Assembly: GCA_029258405.1 (NCBI GenBank)
Contig: JARHYY010000061.1
Location: 1-59,331 of the forward strand
Length of the DNA stretch: 59,331 bases
From: Helicobacteraceae bacterium
Lineage (GTDB): Bacteria > Campylobacterota > Campylobacteria > Campylobacterales > Helicobacteraceae
Direction: 5' to 3'
A program made the position numbers and the translations under genes. The notes beneath the pieces were generated by a model. The model ran no database searches. It was not told where the DNA came from and was given only the letters and a program-made list of their open reading frames with translations. This document shows, piece after piece, positions 39,951 to 49,734 of this stretch. Each line of letters starts with the position of its first letter. Positions within the stretch are counted from its first letter, which is position 1.

Positions 39951-40967
39951 ATGCGAAAAGTCGCTGTGGGCATTGTGGGTGCAAGCGGATACACAGGCTT
40001 GGAGTTGGTAAAAATTTTATTGCAACATCCTTATTTCGAGCTCACATATATAGCAGGTTCTGAAGATATACAAAGTATTACAGAAATTCATTCAAGCCTT
40101 AAAAATGTATTTGAGCAAAGTATTCATAAAGCTTGTATTGATGGGGCAAAAGAATGTTGCTCGCTCCTTTTTTTAGCTCTGCCCCATAAAAAGGCTATGG
40201 AATTTGCAAAAAAGGCTTTAGAAGCAGAGATGAAAGTTGTTGATCTCTCCGCTGATTATCGTTTAAATGAACAGACTTACAAGCAGTATTATACAGAGCA
40301 TATTGATAAGGAGCACCTTAAAGAAGCTGTTTATGGGTTAATAGAATGGCAAAGAGGGTTGATACAAAAAGCAAGGCTTGTAGCCAACCCCGGTTGCTAT
40401 CCAACAGCTTCTTTATTAGGGCTTTTACCCTTTACGCCATATATTGATATTGGATATCCTATCTTTATTGATGCAAAAAGTGGGGTAAGCGGGGCAGGAA
40501 AAACACTAAGCTATAATACACATTTTGTGAATATTAATGAAAATATGTTTGCCTACGCACCATTTAGCCACCGTCATGAGCCAGAAATTTATGAAAAGCT
40601 TTGTTTGCTTGGGGATTGCAAAGCACAAATACGATTTGTTCCCCATCTTGTTCCCTTAAGCCGTGGTATGCTCATTTCTGCTTTTGTGAGACTAAAAGCA
40701 CATAATATTGATACTTTGTCTCTTTTGAAAGATTGCTACAAAGGAGAGCGATGGATTCGCATTTGTGATTCTCCTGTATCTGTTAAAAATGTTGCAGGTA
40801 CTCATTTTTGTGATATTTATATCCAACACAAGGATCGTGATTTGTGGATTAATGTTGCTATTGATAATTTGTTACGCGGGGCAAGTTCTCAAGCGGTATT
40901 TAATGCTAATTTAATGTGCGGTTTTGATGAAGAAACAGCCATTCCTTTTGTTGCCTATGTGCCTTAA
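39951..40967 (+). CDS. argC: N-acetyl-gamma-glutamyl-phosphate reductase
   Basis: GASGYTG, DLSADYR, ANPGCYPT and IDNLLRGA motifs. Confidence 0.95.
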   Translation: MRKVAVGIVGASGYTGLELVKILLQHPYFELTYIAGSEDIQSITEIHSSLKNVFEQSIHKACIDGAKECCSLLFLALPHKKAMEFAKKALEAEMKVVDLSADYRLNEQTYKQYYTEHIDKEHLKEAVYGLIEWQRGLIQKARLVANPGCYPTASLLGLLPFTPYIDIGYPIFIDAKSGVSGAGKTLSYNTHFVNINENMFAYAPFSHRHEPEIYEKLCLLGDCKAQIRFVPHLVPLSRGMLISAFVRLKAHNIDTLSLLKDCYKGERWIRICDSPVSVKNVAGTHFCDIYIQHKDRDLWINVAIDNLLRGASSQAVFNANLMCGFDEETAIPFVAYVP

Positions 40968-41715
40968 TGTGAAATATAATTTAGGTGACATTGGGAATCG
41001 CGTTATTTTAATTGCTGATGCCCATCAAAATGAATTTCATAATCCTTTACCCGCTTTTTTAGATTTTTTAGAGCAAGAAATACAGGAGAAAAGAGACTTT
41101 ACCTTGCTCTTGATAGGTGATATTTTTGACATGCTTTTTGGAGGTGTGTATTCAAGTATTTATCCGCATGAAAATTTGATTAAACGACTTGAAAAGATTG
41201 CTCATAAAAGACCTGTATATTATTTTGAGGGCAATCATGATTTTAACTTAAAATATATTTTTACATCAGTTTGCGTTATTGAACGCCATAAGCAGCCAGC
41301 AAATGCCACTATAAATGGGGAAGCCATTATTGTTGGGCATGGCGATGTTGGTGTAGGTTGGTTATATGAATGCTATACTTTTATAATCCGCAATTCTTTT
41401 TTATTGCATTTTTTGGGGTACATAGATATGATATGTAATGGGATTTTATTTAAATGTGTGCGGCATTATCTCCAGAAACATAAAATTTCTTACTTTAAAC
41501 ATCAAGCTTTTGAGTTTGCAAAAAAAAGATTGTCTCTATATAGTCATTTAGAAGAAAAATGGATTTTTGAAGGGCATTTTCACCTTAAACATGGGGTTTT
41601 GCACGAAAATGAAAAAAATTATATTGGGCTACCCCCTTTTTATTGCATTAAAGACGCTTTTATTGTAGAATCTAATGGCAATGCGTTTTTGATTTATAGC
41701 ATAAGAGGAGAATAA
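40957..41715 (+). CDS. lpxH: UDP-2,3-diacylglucosamine diphosphatase (start uncertain)
   Basis: IADAH, GDIFD, EGNHD, HGD and GHFH metallophosphoesterase motifs; precedes cheV as in H. pylori. Confidence 0.8.
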   Translation: MCLNVKYNLGDIGNRVILIADAHQNEFHNPLPAFLDFLEQEIQEKRDFTLLLIGDIFDMLFGGVYSSIYPHENLIKRLEKIAHKRPVYYFEGNHDFNLKYIFTSVCVIERHKQPANATINGEAIIVGHGDVGVGWLYECYTFIIRNSFLLHFLGYIDMICNGILFKCVRHYLQKHKISYFKHQAFEFAKKRLSLYSHLEEKWIFEGHFHLKHGVLHENEKNYIGLPPFYCIKDAFIVESNGNAFLIYSIRGE

Positions 41716-42669
41716 GTGTCAACAGCTAGAGAAGGTGGTTTGAAAGTCGGTACTAATGAAATGGAATTAGTTGATTTTCGCATTATAAAATTAGAAGATG
41801 GTAAGGTATATGAGGGCGTATATGGAATTAATGTAGCAAAAGTAAATGAAATTGTACGTTTGCCAAAACTTACAGAGCTTCCCGGTGCACCTGATTTTGT
41901 AGAAGGAATTTATGACTTGCGTGGAACAGTAATTCCTATCATCAATCTTGCTAAATGGATGGGCGTTGAAGTGCCGAAAAATTACAAAATAAAACCTCGT
42001 GTGATTATTACAGAGTTTAATAATGTAATAATTGGTTTTGTTGTACATGCTACAAAGAGAATACGACGAATCAGTTGGGAAGATATTGAATCTGCACATT
42101 TTAGCTCTAACTATGGTAATCTTGATCGCAATAAAGTTACTGGTACAACTCGCATCGAAGATGGACAAGTTTTGTTAATTTTAGACCTTGAAAGCATTGT
42201 AGAAGAGCTTGGATTTTATAAACCTGAAATTAGTGCAGATAATGAGCATATTAAATTTGATGGATTAGCTCTTATTTTAGATGATAGCTCTGTTGCTCGT
42301 AAAATTGTTCGAGAGACTCTTGAGACAATGGGCTTTACTGTTCTTGAGGCTATTGATGGAGAATCTGGGCTAGAGCGTTTAGAAAGCCTTTATGAAGCTT
42401 ATGGTGATAGAATCGGGCATGAATTAAAGATAATTGTATCTGATATTGAAATGCCACAAATGGACGGTTTTCATTTTGCTACTAAAGTTAAAAGCGATAA
42501 ACGTTTTGCTAAAATACCAGTTATTTTTAATTCTTCTATTAGTGATCAGTATAGTGCTGAACGAGGCAAGGAAGCTGGAGGAGAAGCATATTTAGTAAAA
42601 TATGATGCCAATTCTTTTTATTCAGCGATTGTGCGTGTTATGAGTGGAAAAACAGAAGAAGAACAATAA
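41716..42669 (+). CDS. cheV: Chemotaxis protein CheV (CheW + receiver domains)
   Basis: YGINVAKV CheW domain; DDS and SDIEMPQMDG receiver motifs; GTG start after GAGGAG. Confidence 0.93.
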   Translation: MSTAREGGLKVGTNEMELVDFRIIKLEDGKVYEGVYGINVAKVNEIVRLPKLTELPGAPDFVEGIYDLRGTVIPIINLAKWMGVEVPKNYKIKPRVIITEFNNVIIGFVVHATKRIRRISWEDIESAHFSSNYGNLDRNKVTGTTRIEDGQVLLILDLESIVEELGFYKPEISADNEHIKFDGLALILDDSSVARKIVRETLETMGFTVLEAIDGESGLERLESLYEAYGDRIGHELKIIVSDIEMPQMDGFHFATKVKSDKRFAKIPVIFNSSISDQYSAERGKEAGGEAYLVKYDANSFYSAIVRVMSGKTEEEQ

Positions 42670-42698
42670 CAAACAACAGAGTTTTAAAGGAGTTTTAT

Positions 42699-45128
42699 AT
42701 GGATGAATTGCAAGAAATATTAGAAGATTTCTTGATAGAAGCTTTTGAAATGATTGAACAGCTTGATCAGGATTTAGTAGAGCTTGAAAATAATCCAGAG
42801 GATTTGGATTTGCTCAATAGAATATTCCGTGTCGCACATACCATTAAAGGTTCAAGCTCATTTTTGAATTTTGATATTTTAACACATTTAACACATCATA
42901 TGGAAGATGTGCTTAATAAAGCAAGGCATGGCGATATAAAGCTTACTCCAGATATTATGGATGTAGTATTAGAATCTATTGATCTTATGAAAGCTCTTTT
43001 AAGTGCTATTAGGGATACAGGTAGTGATACTGATACAGGCTTGGCTATTGAAGGGGTTGTGCAACGATTAGATGTTATCTCTAATGGACAAGCAGCAGCT
43101 CAAGGAGGGGAGAGAGCTCTAGAGGCTTCTACTCCACCACCTCCGCCCCCCCCTCAACAACCAGAAGTGCATGAGAATATTGAAGGAGAGGAAGAGGAAC
43201 CAGATTATGCTAATATGAGCCCAGAAGAAATAGAAGCTGAAATTGAACGCTTATTGAAAAAGAGACAAGAAGAGGACAGAAAAAGAAGAGAGGCAAAAAA
43301 AGCTAAAGAGATTCAAAATGCAAGTGAAGCTCCAAAACCACAAAGCCCTTCAGCACCAACACCAGAACAACCAGCTGCTAGCCAAGATGTGCCTAAACCA
43401 GCTGCCCCAAAGCCCATAACCCCAAAACCAGCACAACCAGCTGCCCCAAAAGCACAAGGAGATCAAAAAGCTCCAGCAACAGCAGTCGAGCAAACCATTA
43501 GGGTAGATGTTAAGCGATTAGATCATTTAATGAGCCTTATTGGGGAGCTTGTGCTAGGGAAGAATCGACTCATAAGGATTTATGATGATGTTGAAGAGCG
43601 TTATGAAGGCGAGAAATTCTTAGAAGAGCTTAATCAAGTTGTTTCAGCTGTTTCAGCTGTTACTACTGATCTTCAGCTTGCGGTTATGAAAACTCGGATG
43701 ATCCCTGTGGGTAAAGTTTTTAATAAATTTCCGCGAATGGTGAGAGACCTCTCAAGAGAATTAGGTAAAAATATTGAATTAGAAATTTCAGGCGAAGAAA
43801 CAGAGCTTGATAAATCTATTGTGGAAGAAATTGGTGATCCATTAGTGCATATCATTAGAAATTCATGCGATCATGGTATAGAAATGCCTGATGATAGGGT
43901 TAAGGTAGGTAAAACCGAAGCAGGCGTTATCAAGCTTAAAGCTTATAATGAGGGCAATCATATTGTTATTGAAGTAGCTGATGATGGTAAAGGTTTGAAT
44001 GCTGATGCACTTAAGCAAAAGGGTATTGAAAAAGGTGTTGTTAGCGAACGAGAAGCTGATATTATGACTGACAAAGAAGCTTTTGGTATTATTTTTAAGG
44101 CTGGTTTTTCCACAGCTAAACAAGTCAGCAATATTTCAGGGCGTGGCGTAGGCATGGATGTGGTAAAAACTAATATTGAAAAGCTCAATGGAATTATTGA
44201 TGTAGATAGCGAGTTTGGTAAAAGTATGACTTTAAAACTTAAAATACCACTTACTTTAGCTATTATTCAGGCTCTTTTAGTAGGGATACAGGAGGAATAT
44301 TATGCAATTCCTCTTGCTTCTGTGCTTGAGACAGTGCGTGTTAAACAAGATGAAATTTATTCTGTTGAAGGCAAAAGTGTTTTGAGGTTGCGCGATGAAG
44401 TCTTATCTTTAGTGCGTCTTGGCGATATTTTTGGTGTGGATAGTGTTTTTCAGAATACAGAAGAAGCTTATGTTGTTGTTATTGGATTGGCAGAAAATAA
44501 AATTGGAGTTATTGTAGATTTCTTGGTAGGACAAGAAGAGATTGTTATTAAATCTTTAGGTTATTATTTGAGCGGTACAGAAGGTATTGCTGGAGCAACT
44601 GTGCGAGGAGATGGTAGAGTAACTCTCATTGTAGATGTAGCAGCTATGATGCAAATGGCAAAACATATCAAAGTTAATGTGAGTCAAAAAGCTCAAGAGC
44701 AAGTATCAGGGGTAGTACGCACAAAAACTACACCAAGTGATTATTGTATTTTGGCGGTTGATGATAGTAAAGTGGATAGAGCAATTATCCAGAAATCATT
44801 AAAGCCATTAGGCATTACCGTCATGGAAGCAATTGATGGCATACAAGCCTTAGATATTATCAAAAATGGGGATAGGCAGTTTGATGCTATCTTAATTGAT
44901 ATTGAGATGCCTAAGATGGATGGATACACTCTTGCTGGAGAAATCCGCAAATATAATAAATTTAAAAATCTTCCTCTTATTGCTGTTACAAGTCGCACAA
45001 GTAAAACTGACCGTATGCGTGGCGTAGAAGCTGGAATGACAGAATATATTACCAAGCCCTATTCTCCTGAATATTTAATGAATGTTGTGAAAAGAAATAT
45101 TAATCTGACCATGGAGGTAGAAGCGTGA
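42699..45128 (+). CDS. cheA: Chemotaxis histidine kinase CheA with fused receiver domain
   Basis: AHTIKG Hpt, HIIRNSCDHG, SGRGVGMDVV, CheW domain and C-terminal DIEMPKMDG. Confidence 0.96.
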   Translation: MDELQEILEDFLIEAFEMIEQLDQDLVELENNPEDLDLLNRIFRVAHTIKGSSSFLNFDILTHLTHHMEDVLNKARHGDIKLTPDIMDVVLESIDLMKALLSAIRDTGSDTDTGLAIEGVVQRLDVISNGQAAAQGGERALEASTPPPPPPPQQPEVHENIEGEEEEPDYANMSPEEIEAEIERLLKKRQEEDRKRREAKKAKEIQNASEAPKPQSPSAPTPEQPAASQDVPKPAAPKPITPKPAQPAAPKAQGDQKAPATAVEQTIRVDVKRLDHLMSLIGELVLGKNRLIRIYDDVEERYEGEKFLEELNQVVSAVSAVTTDLQLAVMKTRMIPVGKVFNKFPRMVRDLSRELGKNIELEISGEETELDKSIVEEIGDPLVHIIRNSCDHGIEMPDDRVKVGKTEAGVIKLKAYNEGNHIVIEVADDGKGLNADALKQKGIEKGVVSEREADIMTDKEAFGIIFKAGFSTAKQVSNISGRGVGMDVVKTNIEKLNGIIDVDSEFGKSMTLKLKIPLTLAIIQALLVGIQEEYYAIPLASVLETVRVKQDEIYSVEGKSVLRLRDEVLSLVRLGDIFGVDSVFQNTEEAYVVVIGLAENKIGVIVDFLVGQEEIVIKSLGYYLSGTEGIAGATVRGDGRVTLIVDVAAMMQMAKHIKVNVSQKAQEQVSGVVRTKTTPSDYCILAVDDSKVDRAIIQKSLKPLGITVMEAIDGIQALDIIKNGDRQFDAILIDIEMPKMDGYTLAGEIRKYNKFKNLPLIAVTSRTSKTDRMRGVEAGMTEYITKPYSPEYLMNVVKRNINLTMEVEA

Positions 45129-45616
45129 GCGATCAAGTAAAAGAGATTCTTAAAAGACAACAAGCAAAAGAAGAAGAAAAAGCTGCCGTTGAAGTTGAAC
45201 AAATGGTAGTAGGTTTTATGGTAGGAGAAGAAGAGTTCGCTGTACCTATTTTAAGTATTAAGGAAATTATCAAACCCATTGAATTTACACGAGTGCCGGG
45301 TGCACCAAATTATGTGATGGGTGTATTTAACTTGAGAGGAACAGTAATACCATTGATTAATTTGCGTATTAAATTCGGGCTTATGCCAGAAAGGCAAAAT
45401 GAAAATACTCGTTATGTTGTCATGCATGAAAATGATCAAATAGCTGGTTTTGTTATTGATAGACTCACAGAGGCTATTAGGCTTAAAGAAAGTAATATAG
45501 ACCCCGCACCAGAAACCATACAAGAAGGGGAAAATATTATTTATGGTGTAGGTAAAAAAGATGATAGAATTATTACTATTTTGAAGACAGAAGGGCTTTT
45601 AAAAAGAACTTTTTGA
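45125..45616 (+). CDS. cheW: Chemotaxis coupling protein CheW
   Basis: TRVPGAPNYVMGVFNLRGTVIPLI. Confidence 0.95.
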   Translation: MSDQVKEILKRQQAKEEEKAAVEVEQMVVGFMVGEEEFAVPILSIKEIIKPIEFTRVPGAPNYVMGVFNLRGTVIPLINLRIKFGLMPERQNENTRYVVMHENDQIAGFVIDRLTEAIRLKESNIDPAPETIQEGENIIYGVGKKDDRIITILKTEGLLKRTF

Positions 45617-45620
45617 CAAG

Positions 45621-46274
45621 ATGCTCAATATGAAAAAAAATAAGTTGGCAGTATTCGACTTTGATTCTACTCTTATGGATGGAGAAACAATTGATTTCTT
45701 AGCTGCGGAGGCTGGTGCATTACAAGAAGTTGCTATAATTACTCAAAGGGCTATGGCAGGAGAACTTGATTTTTATGAAAGCTTAAAAAGTCGTGTTTCT
45801 TTATTGCAAGGCATGCCCTTGAAAAAAGCAGAAGAGATATGCTTTGCCCTTCCTCTGATGAATGGGGCTTTTGAGATTGTAGAGTATTTGAAAAAAAATG
45901 GATACAAGATTGTTATATTTAGTGGAGGTTTTTCTTTAGCTACTTCTTGCATGAGAAAAAAGCTCCATTTAGATGCAGATTTTAGTAATATTTTACATCA
46001 TAAGAATGGGGTGTTGAGCGGAGAGGTTGGAGGCGAAATGATGTTTATTGATTCTAAAGGCTCAATGCTTGAGCGTTTGCAATCTTTGCTATCGATAACA
46101 AAAGAGCATACTTTAGTGGTAGGAGATGGGGCTAATGATGTTTGCATGTGTGCTTATGCAAGTAAATCTGTAGCCTTTTGTGCAAAACCTGCATTAAAAG
46201 AGCATGCAAATATCATTGTGGATAGCAAAGATTTAGCTTTAATTATACCTTATTTAATTGAGCATGATATATAG
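45621..46274 (+). CDS. serB: Phosphoserine phosphatase
   Basis: FDFDSTL, ETID, SGGF and VGDGAND HAD motifs. Confidence 0.93.
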   Translation: MLNMKKNKLAVFDFDSTLMDGETIDFLAAEAGALQEVAIITQRAMAGELDFYESLKSRVSLLQGMPLKKAEEICFALPLMNGAFEIVEYLKKNGYKIVIFSGGFSLATSCMRKKLHLDADFSNILHHKNGVLSGEVGGEMMFIDSKGSMLERLQSLLSITKEHTLVVGDGANDVCMCAYASKSVAFCAKPALKEHANIIVDSKDLALIIPYLIEHDI

Positions 46275-46785
46275 AATCTTATATATACTGTTGTTATATT
46301 TGAGTTTTCTTGTGGCTGATGATGAAAAAATATGTGGTGAGACTTTTTTTATTAAAAAATTTGATGTCCTTTTGAAAAAGGACTTTTATACCTTATATGT
46401 TTGTGCCTATGATATTGAAGATAATCCGTTGTTTGATATGGCTACAGTTAAAATAGTGCTCCATAAAAATATTCAAAAACAAGCAGAGTTTGATACCTAT
46501 CTCTTTTTAAATCATGTTAATGTTTATGTTCAAAATAATTATATTGTTCTTGAAACTTTAGCCCATCTCTCCGATAAATCAGTAAGTATTTCTTGGCATT
46601 TAGAGGACAAAAATAATGAAATGTTTTTGTCGCATTATTCACAGTTTCTCAACAATAAAGAGTATATAATGATACCTTATCAGTCTCGAAAATATGTGAG
46701 ATTGCGTGATGTAAATGTTGAATATCTTAAATATTTAAATAAAGAATGTATGGAGCAGCATAAATGCATATTGAAGAATATGTAA
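46258..46785 (+). CDS. Hypothetical exported protein
   Basis: 175-aa ORF in operon with a signal-like N-terminus. Confidence 0.6.
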   Translation: MSMIYRILYILLLYLSFLVADDEKICGETFFIKKFDVLLKKDFYTLYVCAYDIEDNPLFDMATVKIVLHKNIQKQAEFDTYLFLNHVNVYVQNNYIVLETLAHLSDKSVSISWHLEDKNNEMFLSHYSQFLNNKEYIMIPYQSRKYVRLRDVNVEYLKYLNKECMEQHKCILKNM

Positions 46786-46798
46786 AAGGATAGAGAGC

Positions 46799-47449
46799 AT
46801 GCGTAAGGTTTTATTCATATTTTTTGGCTTTTATTTCTTGTTTGCTGAAGAAATGCAATTGCAACAGTTCTTGGAAGTTACAAATTTAAAGAACTTTTCT
46901 GCAAATCTTTTGATGAATGAAAAAAGGAATTTAGAGCAGTTTTTGAATGAAGTAAATAATTTTACTTGTTTAGGCAGTGAGGGCAAGCAAGAGGCTTTAA
47001 AAGCTATTAAGGAACTCGAATGGCAGATGAATGAAAATGCAACCAATATTCAGCAAGATGCACAAAGATCTATGGAAACTTATATACAACATGTATTAAG
47101 CGAACAAGAAATGCAGAGCATTATTGCACTCATGAATGATACAAGTTATGGAAAAAGGCTTTCTTATGCTCTCAAGCATAATCAGCTTGATATTATAAAT
47201 AATAGTGCAATTTTGTATGATAATACTCATGGCATGAAATTGCGTCTTACTTTTGAAGAGGAGAGAGAAATCAAGAGATATAATCACAAATATAGTAATG
47301 CTCTGAAAGCACTTTACCGCATAGCTTCTACTGAAAGCAAAAAATATATTTTACTTGATATAAAAAATAATAGTTATGGAAAAAATCTACAAAAAGGAGT
47401 TGAACAACTTCAAGATATTTTCATGAAAGAAGGTTGTGTCGTTGATTAA
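46799..47449 (+). CDS. Hypothetical exported protein
   Basis: 216-aa ORF; MRKVLFIFFGFYFLFA signal-like N-terminus; AAGGA RBS. Confidence 0.65.
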   Translation: MRKVLFIFFGFYFLFAEEMQLQQFLEVTNLKNFSANLLMNEKRNLEQFLNEVNNFTCLGSEGKQEALKAIKELEWQMNENATNIQQDAQRSMETYIQHVLSEQEMQSIIALMNDTSYGKRLSYALKHNQLDIINNSAILYDNTHGMKLRLTFEEEREIKRYNHKYSNALKALYRIASTESKKYILLDIKNNSYGKNLQKGVEQLQDIFMKEGCVVD

Positions 47450-47453
47450 ATAA

Positions 47454-47530
47454 TGGTGGGTCCTGTAGGACTTGAACCTACGACCAATCGGTTATGAGCC
47501 GATTGCTCTAACCAGCTGAGCTAAGGACCC
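47454..47530 (-). tRNA. tRNA with CAT anticodon, Ile2 (lysidine) type
   Basis: GGGTCCTTAGCTCAGCTGGTTAGAGCAATCGG-CTCATAA-CCGATTGGTCGTAGGTTCAAGTCCTACAGGACCCACCA; body resembles Ile2 tRNAs; no initiator C1:A72 mismatch. Confidence 0.9.
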
Positions 47531-48657
47531 TTTCTTCGATTTGTTATAAATGGAGGAATATTATACACAAAATTAAATTTAAATGCAAGAAGGCTCTCTA
47601 AAATTCCAAAGAGAATCATAAAAGTTACAAAACTGCTACCCCCATAACTAAAAAGTGGCAAAGGAATACCCACCACTGGTAAAAGACCAAGAACCATGGC
47701 GATATTGATTGTTGTGTAAGTAAATATCATTAAAGCAATACTATATGCCACACATTGCAAAAAATAATCTTTTGAATCGCTTAATGCTATGGAAATAATA
47801 TGTAATATGAGAAAAAGGTATAATCCCAAAAGTCCAATTGCACCCCAAAAGCCAAATCGTTCTACAAAATAGGCAAAAATAAAGTCGCTTGTAGATATGG
47901 GGAGAAATTTCAGCTGTGCTTGTGTTGCCTCATCTTTCTTCTTGCCGCTATATCCCCCTGAACCAATGGCGATTAAAGATTGTTTAACTTGATAACCCGG
48001 TTCTTTGCTAAGAAATTCTGTTACACGGTTGCGTTGATAATCTTTAATAAGAGGGCTAGTATAAATAATTGGAGCACTAAAAGCTAGAGTAATAAATATG
48101 GTAAGCCAAATTTTATAATGTACCCCTACTAAAAAGAGAACACCAAAGCAAATAATAAGCATGGCTAAACTAGTCCCTAAATCTGGTTGCATAAGCACTA
48201 AACCTGATGGCAATAAAATATAAAAACTTAGCACAAAAAAACGAATGAGCCGATAGCCACCCTTTGGTGGTGGCTTATTAGCAATTTGATAGGCTAACAT
48301 AAGGATAAGTGCGGGTTTGATTATTTCTGATGGTTGTAGAGTAAAGTGTATAAAAGGAATTTCAAGCCATCTTTGAGCCCCCATGCCCCTATCTGTGCCC
48401 ACAAATTCAGTTATAATAAGTAGAGCAATACCTATCCAATAAAAAGCAGGTATAATCCAATTAAGCCTTCTTAGAGGCACAAAAGCAATTCCTGCAAAAA
48501 TGATAATCCCAATTGATGAGTAAATAAGATGTTTATGAGATAATATCTCATTAACTTCACTAATAAGCATCCATGAAATAATAATAAGAGGTAAAATAAA
48601 AAGGGGTAGGATATAATCAAAATGAGATAAAATTTTGCGATTAAAAAAAATATTCAT
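47521..48657 (-). CDS. rodA: Rod shape-determining protein RodA (SEDS)
   Basis: GAQRWL, LQPSEIIKP, QPDLGT, TSDFIFA and GIPLPLFSYGGSS motifs. Confidence 0.93.
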   Translation of the reverse strand: MNIFFNRKILSHFDYILPLFILPLIIISWMLISEVNEILSHKHLIYSSIGIIIFAGIAFVPLRRLNWIIPAFYWIGIALLIITEFVGTDRGMGAQRWLEIPFIHFTLQPSEIIKPALILMLAYQIANKPPPKGGYRLIRFFVLSFYILLPSGLVLMQPDLGTSLAMLIICFGVLFLVGVHYKIWLTIFITLAFSAPIIYTSPLIKDYQRNRVTEFLSKEPGYQVKQSLIAIGSGGYSGKKKDEATQAQLKFLPISTSDFIFAYFVERFGFWGAIGLLGLYLFLILHIISIALSDSKDYFLQCVAYSIALMIFTYTTINIAMVLGLLPVVGIPLPLFSYGGSSFVTFMILFGILESLLAFKFNFVYNIPPFITNRRKGP

Positions 48658-48735
48658 ACTGAAATATCCCCTTAATGATTCTCTGTTTAATTATATCTTA
48701 TAATTTCTAAAAAATAACTCTAAGGATATTGCTGT

Positions 48736-49734
48736 ATGGAGAATATATTTTTTAATACACAAAGAGGTCGTTTGGATAAAATTTTGAGTGTATATGCCAA
48801 AAAAAGTCGCAATCAAATCGAACAGTTGATTATAAGCAAAAAAGTTAAGGTTAATGAAAATATTATTTGTAAAACTTCTCACGCACTTAAAGGAGGAGAA
48901 AATATTGAGATTATACCATATCATCATTCAGAAGATTCTTCAGCACAAAAAAATATGGATATGGCACATATGGATATAGAAATTTTGTATGAAGATTCCA
49001 ATCTCCTTGTGCTCAATAAACCTCCCATGCTTGTTGTGCATCCTGCACCAACTGTAAAGGAAGTTACCCTATGTGAATGGCTTGCATATAAAGGATATAC
49101 ACTTTCAACATTAAATGGGAATACCCGTTTGGGGATTGTGCATAGGCTTGACAAGGAAACTAGCGGGGCAATTGTTGTTGCAAAAGATAATGACACACAT
49201 CAAGCATTAAGCAAACAGTTAGAGAATAAAAGTATGGGGCGGTATTATATTGCCCTTATTGATAGCCCTTTGTCAGAATATAGAATGTATGATTGCTATA
49301 TGGCAAGGAATCCAAAAAATCGTTTAAAAATGAGTAAGACAACTGAAGGAAAAGGGAAATATTCTCAAAGTTATTTTATTAATATGAGAGAGCTTTATAC
49401 AAAAGAAGCTTTAATTGCTGTAAAGCTACAAACAGGGAGGACACATCAAATTCGTTGCCATCTTGCTCAAATGGGAAAACATATTTTAGGAGATGAACTC
49501 TATGGCTGGAAAGGAAAATGGAATGGGAGAATATTATTACATGCATTAGGCATATATTTTATACACCCAAGAAGTGAAAAAAAAATATTTCTTAAAGCCC
49601 CTGTTTTTTCTGATATGCTAAAATATATTCAACAAAATTATTATGCGGAGGATTTATATGAAATTTTACAATTGCCTTTTATTATGGATTCTTTTCGTGT
49701 TTTCAGGATGCATGAGCCATCAAATGAAAATTGA
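48736..49734 (+). CDS. RluA/RluD-family pseudouridine synthase
   Basis: S4 domain, NKPPMLVVHP, IVHRLDKETSG and TGRTHQIRCH. Confidence 0.9.
   Translation: MENIFFNTQRGRLDKILSVYAKKSRNQIEQLIISKKVKVNENIICKTSHALKGGENIEIIPYHHSEDSSAQKNMDMAHMDIEILYEDSNLLVLNKPPMLVVHPAPTVKEVTLCEWLAYKGYTLSTLNGNTRLGIVHRLDKETSGAIVVAKDNDTHQALSKQLENKSMGRYYIALIDSPLSEYRMYDCYMARNPKNRLKMSKTTEGKGKYSQSYFINMRELYTKEALIAVKLQTGRTHQIRCHLAQMGKHILGDELYGWKGKWNGRILLHALGIYFIHPRSEKKIFLKAPVFSDMLKYIQQNYYAEDLYEILQLPFIMDSFRVFRMHEPSNEN

Noticed and set aside
47454-47530. tRNA-Met or tRNA-fMet assignment
   Set aside because: G1-C72 is paired, the anticodon stem lacks three consecutive G-C pairs, and the body resembles Ile2 tRNAs
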